NCBI GenBank assembly: GCA_964607285.1 | Contig: CAZSJW010000002.1 | Location: forward strand, 5,669-69,668 | DNA from: an uncultured Pseudomonadales bacterium | GTDB taxonomy: Bacteria > Patescibacteriota > Microgenomatia > UBA1400 > PJMF01 | DNA: 64,000 bases | Direction of reading: 5' to 3' | Part shown: one piece after another, positions 9,449 to 18,834 of the stretch | Layout of the letters: each line of letters begins with the position of its first letter | Numbering within the stretch: position 1 is the stretch's first letter | The notes under the pieces: model-generated | Databases searched by the model: none | What the model was told of the DNA's origin: nothing | What the model saw: the letters and a program-made list of their open reading frames with translations, nothing else | Translations under genes and position numbers: made by a program

Positions 9449-12357
9449 TAGAATCTCTTGATAACAATATCAATCAGTCTATTTAGATATTTAGAAAAGT
9501 CCTCAATAGTAATCTTGCCTTTATATTCTTTCAATAGTATCTCTTGTAGAGTTTTCTTGGCACTTTTCAAAAACTCCTCACGTTTTGACGAGTTCTGCCA
9601 TCCTTCATCAAGGATATTCGAAAGTCTATTGTCGATATCTTGCACCATTTCTATGAGCAAAGGTTGTGCAGCATCCTTGATAAACTCCTGCGAGATCACA
9701 AATAGTCCATATTCTCGCAAGTCCAATCCAAGTGCTTTTGCCTCGTCTGCTTTGCCTTTGATGTCATTAAGTAACTCGTAATATCTCTTTATTCTTTCAG
9801 ATAAGTCGATTTGCTGGTTCTCAAACTCCTTTTTAATTGCTGATAGTCTTTCGCTAAACTTAGAAAAGACAGGGTTTGTTTCGACATTGATTGAGATTTC
9901 TTGCTTAATTATTTTCTCCAAGTTTCGAGCTTTTTCATCATCATCCATTTTGTCTAAGCGTTCCAAAGTGTAAAGATCATTTACTTTCAATTCTCGGAAG
10001 TTACGAGTAATTCCTTCATAATCAATTCGCTCTTGTATGAGAGTCTTAACCTTCTCTCCATACTCAGCCAGCATTTCATGGTCAATGCCTTGACTCTTAA
10101 ACTCTTTTACAAAAGCTAAATAGAAACTTGTTATCCATTCAAATTTACGAAGATATTGGGACAAGAATGGATCAGGAGACAGGATTTCAAAAAGCAACTT
10201 CAGCCTACTATATTTGTCAGAGAAAAACTGTTGTTTACGTTCGTTGTCTGTAAATATCTTTAACGAGCGTCTCAGGTTGTCCATTGATGGGTCTTCAATG
10301 TTTATTCCAACGAAAAGATCCATTACTTCACCCAATACTTTGACAAATTCCTCTTTAAGTTTGTCGATATTGAGCATGGCTGAATCAACGATACTTTCGT
10401 CAAAGTTCAACGCATCGTAGAGATTCTTGGTAATTCCGTAATAGTCGATGATTCTTCCGCATCCTTTGTTGGGATACACACGATTGGTACGAGCTATTGC
10501 TTGAAGTAGATTATGATCACGCAAAGGTTTGTCCAGATACATGACTTGTTCAATCGGTGCATCAAAACCTGTTAGAAGCATGTCACAAACCAACAAAAAT
10601 TTGAGCGGACTGTTTGGGTCTTTGAATCGATTGATAATCTTTTCTCGTTCTCGTTTATTTGTGTTGTAGGCTTTTAAGTTATCACTGTCACTATTTGGAT
10701 CGCCAGGAGAGTACACAACTTCTGACCATTCTGGAGAGGTGAGTTGATCAATGAGTGCTTTGTACTTAGCTGTCGTTTCTCGGTCATAACACACGATCTG
10801 AGCTTTGAATCCATTAGGTTCAACGTATAATCGATAATGCTCAACAATATCTCGGGCGACTGCCTCCATTCGTTTGTCGAGTTTCACGAGAGCTTCTTTT
10901 TTACCAAACTTACGCATGAGTATATCTTTTTGCTCTTGGGTTAAATCCGTTGTCATTTCATCAAACTGTTGATCAACTTTCTGTTCATCGATAAAGAATT
11001 TAGAAAGTCTTGCCTCATATGTAACAGGAAGGGTTGCACCATCATCAATAGCTTGCTGAATCGAATAGTAGTCCAAGTATCTTTCACCATCTTGTCCGAA
11101 GTTCCGATGCGTATTGAGAGATGCTTTATCTATTGGAGTACCAGTAAAACCAAAGAAGAAAGCATGCTCCATTGAAGTACGCAAGTTAATCGCAGAAACA
11201 CCCTCATTATCTCGGTGTGCTTCATCTGAAAGAACAATGATATTCTCATTAAGATTTTCAATATCCTTACCAAGTTCCGTGAATTTCTGAATGGTAGAAA
11301 TAAAAATACCTCGCTCAGAATTAAAGATTTTTTGCTCCAAGTCTCGTCTTGAAGTTACTCGAATTACGTTTTTACCACCACAGTTTGTAAAGGTGTCGTA
11401 TATCTGATCATCCAGATCAATACGATCAACCAAAACAAATACTTTTGGATTCTTCAATTCCTTATCAAAGCGTAGTTTCCATGCTGTAAAGAACATGGTT
11501 AAACTTTTACCTGATCCTTGAGTATGCCAAATGAGTCCACGTTTCTTTTCGCCAGCTTTCACACGCTCTACTATTTTGTTTGCAGCTCTTAATTGCTGGT
11601 ATCGGGCAATCTTTTTTATAGTCGATTCTTTTTCCTTTTCAAAGACTATAAAGTTGCTGACAATATCTAACAACCTTTCAGGCTCTAAAAGAGCTACCAG
11701 AGTCATCTCAAGCTGTCCACCAGCCTTTTGTTCGAGTTCTTCATCCTTCCACTGTTGGAAGTACTGTGCTGGAGCATAGGTAGCACCATAAACCGATTTT
11801 AAGCCATCTGTCGCTATGTTATAGCAGTTTGGCCAGAATAGTCTCTGAGCGTTCTTTTCATATCGCTTGAGTTGCCCAACAGCTTTTGAATAATCTACTG
11901 ATTGGCCAGCAGTAGGACTTTTGGCTTCAATATCGACAAGTGGGATACCATTCACAAACACCATAATGTCTGGGCGTATATTCTCAAGATTTCCTTCAAA
12001 ATAGAACTGATTTGTTACTACGAATCGATTGTTGCTTGGGTTATCGAGATCGACTACCAGATAATCACGCATCTTTCCTGTTCGTGGATCTTTAAGGTTT
12101 ACGCCATTGCGATAGAGTTTTAAGAACCCTTCATTTGTGTCGATCTTTTTGACTTCTCGAACAACACCCATTGCTTCATCTTCATCGATATCGTTGATTT
12201 TCTTAATTGCCTCGAGAAGATGAGGTGTAATCACGAACTCTGTCTCAAACTCACGCAACCTACTGAAGACCTCTGGTTTAATATACTCATATCCCAGAGA
12301 TTGAGATAGATATTTGATTATGTGATTTTCGACTGTGTACTGTTCGTTAAATTTCAT
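9448..12357 (-). CDS. hsdR: Type I restriction enzyme R subunit (HsdR)
   Basis: 969 aa. SF2 helicase motif I HTQGSGKSLTMFF and DEAH box LSDEAHRDNEG, with the C-terminal helical region typical of HsdR. Embedded in an hsdM/hsdS operon. Confidence 0.9.
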   Translation of the reverse strand: MKFNEQYTVENHIIKYLSQSLGYEYIKPEVFSRLREFETEFVITPHLLEAIKKINDIDEDEAMGVVREVKKIDTNEGFLKLYRNGVNLKDPRTGKMRDYLVVDLDNPSNNRFVVTNQFYFEGNLENIRPDIMVFVNGIPLVDIEAKSPTAGQSVDYSKAVGQLKRYEKNAQRLFWPNCYNIATDGLKSVYGATYAPAQYFQQWKDEELEQKAGGQLEMTLVALLEPERLLDIVSNFIVFEKEKESTIKKIARYQQLRAANKIVERVKAGEKKRGLIWHTQGSGKSLTMFFTAWKLRFDKELKNPKVFVLVDRIDLDDQIYDTFTNCGGKNVIRVTSRRDLEQKIFNSERGIFISTIQKFTELGKDIENLNENIIVLSDEAHRDNEGVSAINLRTSMEHAFFFGFTGTPIDKASLNTHRNFGQDGERYLDYYSIQQAIDDGATLPVTYEARLSKFFIDEQKVDQQFDEMTTDLTQEQKDILMRKFGKKEALVKLDKRMEAVARDIVEHYRLYVEPNGFKAQIVCYDRETTAKYKALIDQLTSPEWSEVVYSPGDPNSDSDNLKAYNTNKREREKIINRFKDPNSPLKFLLVCDMLLTGFDAPIEQVMYLDKPLRDHNLLQAIARTNRVYPNKGCGRIIDYYGITKNLYDALNFDESIVDSAMLNIDKLKEEFVKVLGEVMDLFVGINIEDPSMDNLRRSLKIFTDNERKQQFFSDKYSRLKLLFEILSPDPFLSQYLRKFEWITSFYLAFVKEFKSQGIDHEMLAEYGEKVKTLIQERIDYEGITRNFRELKVNDLYTLERLDKMDDDEKARNLEKIIKQEISINVETNPVFSKFSERLSAIKKEFENQQIDLSERIKRYYELLNDIKGKADEAKALGLDLREYGLFVISQEFIKDAAQPLLIEMVQDIDNRLSNILDEGWQNSSKREEFLKSAKKTLQEILLKEYKGKITIEDFSKYLNRLIDIVIKRF

Positions 12358-12908
12358 ATTTTTGATTTTTTAATATGCAAGCTGTCAGGCAATAATTGAT
12401 CAATTTCTTTATCGCTGAAAGTAAGTTCCTCGTTAAGTTGTAAAGCCTCCTGGGCTTTTTTATATGCCTTGCTACTTGTGGTTGGGGCAGATTTGTAAAT
12501 AATATCAAGTTCACAGATAAGTTCGTCTCTTCGTTTTATAATGGTATCCTGCTTAATGGAGGAGTTGATAATATCGGCCATCAAACAGACATATTTCTCA
12601 CGAACAAGCCAAAGAGAATTAGCCGCTAACTTATGCCTTGCTGATTGTTTTTCTGGATCAAAACTTAATTGAAAAATACTGAAGCCGAGAGTAATAGCTG
12701 AAAAGATAGCGCTGACAACCAAAAGTTGCTGATCACCAAACACTGTGCTTAACAGTGTCCCTGAAGTAATCCCGATCAGAAGGATATTGATCCACTTGAC
12801 CCTTGAAGCATTTTCGCTTTGCATTTCTGCATCTTTTTCATGGGTCTTATGCGAATAGCAGACTCTACCGAATGATTCTCTAATTATTTTTAGGTTTGTT
12901 GTATCCAT
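12354..12908 (-). CDS. Two-TM hairpin protein with a helical C-terminus (SLATT-like candidate effector partner of the upstream nucleotidyltransferase)
   Basis: 184 aa. Helices LLIGITSGTLLSTVF and LLVVSAIFSAITLGFSIFQLSF are separated by only GDQQ, then ~100 aa of predicted helix. Four-nt overlaps with both neighbours. Confidence 0.45.
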   Translation of the reverse strand: MDTTNLKIIRESFGRVCYSHKTHEKDAEMQSENASRVKWINILLIGITSGTLLSTVFGDQQLLVVSAIFSAITLGFSIFQLSFDPEKQSARHKLAANSLWLVREKYVCLMADIINSSIKQDTIIKRRDELICELDIIYKSAPTTSSKAYKKAQEALQLNEELTFSDKEIDQLLPDSLHIKKSKI

Positions 12909-12912
12909 AAAA

Positions 12913-14163
12913 CTATTTAATGTTTATAAAAAACTTTCCACTTCTTGCCACGCAGACTTCATTTTGTACGATAAAACACTCAACCCAGTGTTTGCCCTGA
13001 TAAAGGGTACTTTCCCATCGAATTTGATTACCAAGAAAGATTTTTCCTCGTAATCCATTTGCTAATAATGCTTCCTGTCCTGTATTTACTACTTGCCAAA
13101 AATACTGAAAGTCACCAGTTGCATTAGTTGTGGCTATATACTTTAAGGACAAGTGTTTTTGTATATTCCTTCCATTTGAGTTTATTCCACCGAACTTTGT
13201 TGTCTTACTTTGATTGTAAATATAAGCATCAATACTAACTCTGCTTCTGTCCACAAAACTCCACTTTAACGGCTCAAAGTGTGAATAATCAGCAAGTGCA
13301 GGTGTCTCACTATCAACGAGTGAGGCAGATTTTTGAAGATGAGCAGGAAAATCACCTCCAAATACTTTTCTCCATTCTTCAACAGCGCTCTCTGGTTTAT
13401 CATTTGCTTCAAATTCACACGCTTTTTTAGCTCTACTCAAAGCGGTATCTAAATGGCTTTTTATATCACTATTTGTTTCGTTTTGGCTAAAATACTCATA
13501 GAAGTCCCGTACCAAGACGGGGTATTCTTTTTCTGAAAATGTTTGGTCACCAAAATAGTCAACTATTTTATTTTCAATCAAATATGACTTCATTTTGATA
13601 GAGCAGCATTCTGTCCATTTCTTAATCATGCGAACCATTGACCTGCTTCTTCCAGTTTTGGCATCTGAATCTTTTATCTTTTTTATCTCAGCTCGAGGAT
13701 CCCATTGTTCCCAGAAACCACCATTCTCTGAATTAGGAATAGTGAATGTCCCGTCTGTGTTTTCCCATGCAGGCAGAAGTTCTACCTGATGATGTGTATC
13801 TGAAAATTCTAATACCACCACCTTACCCCAAGCTTTTATGGGTGTGTTGGGATACTTTTCTTCCAGTATCTTTTTGATATCCTGAAGTAATTGTGATTGT
13901 CCATTTGATTGATTGTCGTTGTACTGATTGTACCTTTCTGGAGGCATAAAAAAGATAACATCAATATCCCTTGCTGGTCTGATATTGGTTTTCTTTCCGT
14001 AAGAGCCGATAAGTAATTTTGTTGATCCGTCATATTCTGTAGTGTAATAGTGGTCGTGTAGCTTGCTGCAAACACCATCATATTTAATCTTGGCATCCTC
14101 AATCTGCCCAGAGGTAAGTTTTATATTTTCAAGAAATTGATTGAAATGATCGTTGATTGGCAT
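12913..14163 (-). CDS. cGAS/DncV-like nucleotidyltransferase (CD-NTase / SMODS-type minimal NTase fold)
   Basis: 416 aa. hGS-x11-DhD motif in LLIGSYGKKTNIRPARDIDVIFFMP and a third acidic strand QVELLPAWE (h[DE]hhPA) about 65 aa later, followed by a ~200-aa C-terminal helical region. Confidence 0.5.
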   Translation of the reverse strand: MPINDHFNQFLENIKLTSGQIEDAKIKYDGVCSKLHDHYYTTEYDGSTKLLIGSYGKKTNIRPARDIDVIFFMPPERYNQYNDNQSNGQSQLLQDIKKILEEKYPNTPIKAWGKVVVLEFSDTHHQVELLPAWENTDGTFTIPNSENGGFWEQWDPRAEIKKIKDSDAKTGRSRSMVRMIKKWTECCSIKMKSYLIENKIVDYFGDQTFSEKEYPVLVRDFYEYFSQNETNSDIKSHLDTALSRAKKACEFEANDKPESAVEEWRKVFGGDFPAHLQKSASLVDSETPALADYSHFEPLKWSFVDRSRVSIDAYIYNQSKTTKFGGINSNGRNIQKHLSLKYIATTNATGDFQYFWQVVNTGQEALLANGLRGKIFLGNQIRWESTLYQGKHWVECFIVQNEVCVARSGKFFINIK

Positions 14164-14164
14164 A

Positions 14165-15325
14165 TTAGTTCACTTCGACCTTTCCGTTAAAAATGTCATC
14201 CATAAGACCTTTTTTCAGAATAAGTAACTGTCGCTTATTTGCTTTTTCGATTGCCACTTTTGAATCAATGCAACTTAAAATATTGGCCACTTTAATTTGT
14301 ACGTCCATTGGAGGTATAGGTATATCTATTTGTTTTAACACCTTCGCCTTTATCCCTTTTACAGTGCCTCCTGTAGCCAGTGATGCAATTTTTTCCTGTA
14401 AAGCATTACTGATAAGCAAATATTTCAGATATGTTGAGTCTAAATCTTCTTTTGGTTGAATAATAATAATTCTTTGAGCAAACGCGACTTTTTCTGTTAA
14501 TCCCAATTGAGCAACATTCCCGAGAGGAGCTTCTGTGGTAAAAAGTACATCGCCTTTTTTAGGAATGCCCCTGGTCATCCATGTTTCGTAATTATCTGCT
14601 TGAATGAATTCTCTTGGCTCAGGATCAACATAACCCATGCGTACATTTTTTGCAGTTATAAGAGGAATACCGTATTCTGTTTTTTTAGGTGTCTTACCTC
14701 TGTAATCAATAAAGTGAGTTGCTTCACCAAGTTTCTGAGTCTTCCATGTAATACTTTCTTCAACAAATAGTTCTTTGATCACACCTTTTTTTAAAAGTTC
14801 AGTTTTTTGAATAATTTGATCAGTTTTAGAGATTTGTTGGTCTATAGAGGTGAAGACTTTGCCATAGTACTCTTGGTTTTTATAAGCGGGTAAAGCAATT
14901 TGTATCGCTTTTAAATCTCCACTGTTGATTGCCGTAAAAGTCGATCCCTGAGAGACAGATGTAAATTGATTCTTAGAGAATTGCAGATAATAATTTAGGT
15001 AATCCTGAGATACATCCTTCTTTGCTCTTATACCTGCTAACCCTCGACCAAGACAGACAGAATTATTGATTGTGAATAGCTCGCCTACTGGAGCACGCAC
15101 TGTCATCAGTGCTGTCCCAGCTTCAACAACTCTTGTGGGTTCTGTTGTCCACTGGTTGGGAACAGCAGCTCCCATCGCATTTACAACAGGTGGTTTACCC
15201 TGAAGAAAGGGCACGCCTGCACCCTCAGCATTATAAGAAGATGAAGGAGGAGACTGTCCCATCGTTACAGTTGCCACTTCATCTAATCTTTTTACTATCC
15301 AGTCATTTGATAATTGGTTCTTCAT
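14165..15325 (-). CDS. hsdS: Type I R-M specificity subunit (HsdS)
   Basis: 386 aa. Two target-recognition-domain halves each beginning with the HsdS signature (LDEVATVTMGQSPPSSSYN...GVPFLQG and LGEATHFIDYRGKTPKK...GIPLITAKNV), separated by a central conserved helical spacer. Confidence 0.85.
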   Translation of the reverse strand: MKNQLSNDWIVKRLDEVATVTMGQSPPSSSYNAEGAGVPFLQGKPPVVNAMGAAVPNQWTTEPTRVVEAGTALMTVRAPVGELFTINNSVCLGRGLAGIRAKKDVSQDYLNYYLQFSKNQFTSVSQGSTFTAINSGDLKAIQIALPAYKNQEYYGKVFTSIDQQISKTDQIIQKTELLKKGVIKELFVEESITWKTQKLGEATHFIDYRGKTPKKTEYGIPLITAKNVRMGYVDPEPREFIQADNYETWMTRGIPKKGDVLFTTEAPLGNVAQLGLTEKVAFAQRIIIIQPKEDLDSTYLKYLLISNALQEKIASLATGGTVKGIKAKVLKQIDIPIPPMDVQIKVANILSCIDSKVAIEKANKRQLLILKKGLMDDIFNGKVEVN

Positions 15326-15798
15326 AGTAATGATGCCTTAAATATTGATCCGAACTCAGCTTTCAATAAGCTCTCGACAGTAACGTCATTCTTGATATTG
15401 AAATTAAAAGTGATATTAAAATCTCTTTTTTCCAGTTGTCCTCTTTCTATACCTTCAATCAGGTCAATACCTTGTGCGGTGATTTTAAAATCTCTCAAAT
15501 GTGATCCTCCGCTTATGTCTTTTACATCTTCATATGAGATAAGTCCTAATTCATTTAGATATGTTAATGCGTTAAAAAGATCCACATCACTGTATGTATT
15601 AAACTTTTCTTCTTTTAAGATACTTTCATTCCTTTGCTGCATTTCAATTCCTTCGATCTTTGTCTCAGGTGTAAGTTTCAGCCTAAAATTCAACATTGCA
15701 TAACTCAGATCAGTTACATTTTTTCTTTGCAAAAGATAAAAATATAAGAGAATTTCACCTGCAATTGTCTTTATTGGAACGATCCTTTTATTATTCAT
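15322..15798 (-). CDS. Hypothetical protein encoded between hsdM and hsdS (overlaps both)
   Basis: 158 aa. Start overlaps the hsdM stop by 8 nt and its stop overlaps the hsdS start by 4 nt. No motif recognised. Confidence 0.4.
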   Translation of the reverse strand: MNNKRIVPIKTIAGEILLYFYLLQRKNVTDLSYAMLNFRLKLTPETKIEGIEMQQRNESILKEEKFNTYSDVDLFNALTYLNELGLISYEDVKDISGGSHLRDFKITAQGIDLIEGIERGQLEKRDFNITFNFNIKNDVTVESLLKAEFGSIFKASLL

Positions 15799-17479
15799 AG
15801 CCTAATTCTTTTATAAACTTAGTTGTTTTTTCATCAATTACGCTTCGTTCTTGTTCGAGCTCCTGAAGCTCTTTCCACACCTGTTTAACATCTATTGCAA
15901 CTTGTTCCTCGTTGGAATCAATGTATCGTTTTACATTAAGGTTATAGTCGTTTTCTTCAAGTTCTTTTATGTCAACAACACGAGCATATTTCTCAACATC
16001 CTCGTATTTGTCATACGCTTTGATGATTTTTTCTATGTCTTGTTTTCGGAGAGAGTTTTGATTTTTTCCCTCCATGAAGTCATGCTCAGCATCAATAATT
16101 AAAATTTTATTTTTCTTATGCTCTGGTTTGTTCCTGTTAAGAATCCAAATAGCAGCAGGGATACCCGTTCCGTAAAAAAGTTTTGGCGGGAGAGCAACGA
16201 TAGCATCAACTAAATTGTGTTTAATAATCTGTTCTCTTATTCTGCCTTCACTGCCACCTCTGAAAAGCACACCATGAGGCAGTACAATGCCTGATCGACC
16301 ATTTGCGTTCATTGATCTAATAATGTGAAGTACAAAGGCAAAATCAGCATTTTTTTGAGGAGGAAGTTCGTAGTCATCAATCCTTCCATATCTGTCATTT
16401 CTAAATACATCAAACTCCCAGTCCTTAATAGAATAGGGGGGGTTGGCTACCACTATGTCGAAGGTCTGTAAGTTTCCTGATTCAGTGAGGAACTGTGGGT
16501 TTGCCAACGTGTCACCTCTGCGGATGTCCGCACTATCGAGTCCATGCAAGAACATGTTAATCTTCGCAATGGCAAATGTACCGATATTTACTTCTTGCCC
16601 ATAGAGATAGAGTGTACGAGCAACTGCCTCGCTAACTTTGCCTTTCAGATAACTGTACGCCTCAAGTAGAAATCCACCTGACCCAACTGTAGGATCGTAA
16701 ACATGATCCTTCTGATGTGGTTTTAGAATACCTATGATTACTCGCTCAACTTCTCGAGGGGTATAAAACTCCCCACCTTTTTTACCAGCATCAGCAGCAA
16801 ATTGCTTGATAAGGTATTCGTAAGCATCACCAAGTAAGTCAGAGCTAATGTAATTACTACCAAAATTGTACTGTGAGAAGTGGTTGAGAAGTTTTTGCAG
16901 TGTTTCGTTGGGGAAGCGGTCTTTGTTGGCAAAGTCCAGATCATCGAAAATACGATCCAGCTTTGGACTGTTTACATTAGCCAGTTTGTCAAAAATTTCA
17001 TTTAGTCTTTTTCCTATACCTTCTGACGTGTTTTCGATAGCTGACCACTTACAGTCTCGAGGAACTTGGAAACGATGGTTATAATCTGCTTCTGCCAGTG
17101 CAGGATTACCATATTCATCCATCACTTTTTTATATTCTTCGTCCCATACGTCACTGATCCGTTTATAGAAAAGAAGGCCAAAAATATACTTTTTATAGTC
17201 CGAGCTATCTATTTTTCCTCTTAGAATGTCTGCACTTTTCCAAAGAAATTGCTCAAGTTGAGCAAGAGTCAGCTTACTTCCTGCTTTTTCTATCAGAGTT
17301 TGAATGTCCTGTTTTCGGTATTTGCGGTCTTGGCGTGCACCAACTCTGAGGGGAACGAGTACTCCGCTCTTTTCCCAGTTACGAAGGGTATCTGGATGAA
17401 TGTTGAAGATTTTAGAAACTTCACCTATGGAAAGGAGATCAGCATTTTCTTCGAGTACCTTATTTGCGATTGTTTTCAT
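15791..17479 (-). CDS. hsdM: Type I R-M N6-adenine DNA methyltransferase (HsdM) with an N-terminal MerR/excisionase-type HTH
   Basis: MTase motif I DPTVGSGGFL and motif IV ANPPYS. N-terminal ~60 aa LSIGEVSKIFNIHPDTLRNWEKSGVLVPLRVGARQDRKYRKQDI resembles an HTH_17/MerR excisionase-type DNA-binding domain. Confidence 0.9.
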   Translation of the reverse strand: MKTIANKVLEENADLLSIGEVSKIFNIHPDTLRNWEKSGVLVPLRVGARQDRKYRKQDIQTLIEKAGSKLTLAQLEQFLWKSADILRGKIDSSDYKKYIFGLLFYKRISDVWDEEYKKVMDEYGNPALAEADYNHRFQVPRDCKWSAIENTSEGIGKRLNEIFDKLANVNSPKLDRIFDDLDFANKDRFPNETLQKLLNHFSQYNFGSNYISSDLLGDAYEYLIKQFAADAGKKGGEFYTPREVERVIIGILKPHQKDHVYDPTVGSGGFLLEAYSYLKGKVSEAVARTLYLYGQEVNIGTFAIAKINMFLHGLDSADIRRGDTLANPQFLTESGNLQTFDIVVANPPYSIKDWEFDVFRNDRYGRIDDYELPPQKNADFAFVLHIIRSMNANGRSGIVLPHGVLFRGGSEGRIREQIIKHNLVDAIVALPPKLFYGTGIPAAIWILNRNKPEHKKNKILIIDAEHDFMEGKNQNSLRKQDIEKIIKAYDKYEDVEKYARVVDIKELEENDYNLNVKRYIDSNEEQVAIDVKQVWKELQELEQERSVIDEKTTKFIKELGYE

Positions 17480-17853
17480 ATCTATATCTATATCTTCTCA
17501 TCCACTTGGGTGAGGGTTGAGTTAGAGTATAGTACTTAATTCGAAAAAAAGCAAGAGAAATGTTTCATAGGTTTTCATAGGTTAGTAAATACCTTCGTTT
17601 TTAGTACCCACATTAAAAAATGCGATATGGACTATCAAATCAACCCATGTGGACGACCCAATTTGACACAGTTTGTTCGGCTGTTACGCTATAACTATAC
17701 ACATTAAATAATTAAATTAGATTGATATGGCAATACAAAATAGAGATTATAAGAAAAAGAGAATTAGTAAACCTTCAGCTCTACTCTCCCAAGCAGAAAT
17801 TATCAGGAAGATCAACGCTTCGACCAGAAAATCAAAAAAGTATTTAGAGTTAC

Positions 17854-18789
17854 TTGCATGGAAATATGGAAAATAACCTTATTGTCATTAACCAAAATCA
17901 ACTGAATCCATTTGAATGGCCAGAGAAACTCTTTGACCACCTTGATGTCTCAGAAAATACTCGTCAAGAATATAGTTCAAGAGTCAAAGCATTCACGAGT
18001 TTCATTCAGAAACAAGGTTTTACCAAAAATAGTTACTTAGAATATAAGAGACACCTGTCGCAAAGAACAGATTTTAGTGTGAGTACCAAAAATAAGTACC
18101 TAATTGTGGCAAGAGTGTACTGCAAGGAACTGCATAGGCAAGGATATTTACCCATAGACATCACTCAGAACATCAAGTCATTCCAACAGTCAAGAAAACA
18201 TAAAAAGGATGGATTTTCGGAGGAAGAAGTACAAAAAATCCTCACTTATATTCAAGGTCAAGACAATAATAGAGACACCTGTCGCAAAAAAGCATTGTTA
18301 AGCCTGCTGATATTGCAAGGACTAAGGCAAATAGAGGTAGTTAGGCTGAATATAACTGAAGTAGATTTGGTTTCACAGGTTGCATTTGTTCGAGGCAAAG
18401 GACGAGATGATCTTGAATTGATTGATTTACACCCAGTCACAACATCAGCTCTCAAAGAGTACGTTAGACGGTACAGGATTGCAGATGGAGCGTTGTTTAC
18501 CAGCAGTAGCAATCGAAATAAACACCAGCGATTAGAAACAAGAACGATCAGCAACATTCTTAAACCTATTTTTCAGAATCTTGGCATAGGAAAAACTGTA
18601 CATGGTTTTCGCCATTACTTCACAACAAAGCTCATCCAAGCATATAAAGGTGATTTGCTTACTGTCGCCCAGTACACAAGGCATAAGAGTTTGGAAACAC
18701 TACAAATTTACAACGACAATATCAAAAGGAAGGAGGATTTACCAAGATATTATGAAACATTTGGCAGTATCAATTTTGAATCCAAATAA
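17854..18789 (+). CDS. Tyrosine site-specific recombinase (phage integrase / XerC-like family)
   Basis: 311 aa with an N-terminal SAM-like core-binding region. C-terminal catalytic signature R...HGFRHYFTT...LQIY (R-H-R-Y set). Divergent from hsdM. Confidence 0.8.
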   Translation: MHGNMENNLIVINQNQLNPFEWPEKLFDHLDVSENTRQEYSSRVKAFTSFIQKQGFTKNSYLEYKRHLSQRTDFSVSTKNKYLIVARVYCKELHRQGYLPIDITQNIKSFQQSRKHKKDGFSEEEVQKILTYIQGQDNNRDTCRKKALLSLLILQGLRQIEVVRLNITEVDLVSQVAFVRGKGRDDLELIDLHPVTTSALKEYVRRYRIADGALFTSSSNRNKHQRLETRTISNILKPIFQNLGIGKTVHGFRHYFTTKLIQAYKGDLLTVAQYTRHKSLETLQIYNDNIKRKEDLPRYYETFGSINFESK

Positions 18790-18834
18790 AGGCTCAATTA
18801 GAAATAATACTTATTACAAGTAATTCAAAAATCT

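Noticed and set aside
17480-17853. Tandem TTCATAGGT TTTCATAGGT and (TATC)n-like repeats in the hsdM/recombinase divergent intergenic region as a possible att site
   Set aside because: Short simple repeats with no match to the tRNA 3' end. More likely promoter/operator sequence for the divergent genes. Not enough to call a feature.
3760-17853. Direct repeat of the tRNA 3' end (attL) marking the left island boundary
   Set aside because: I inspected the intergenic regions at 3757-3840, 4939-5039, 7883-7918 and 17480-17853 by eye and found no copy of GGGACTCGAACCC. The boundary therefore stays undefined and needs a computed search.
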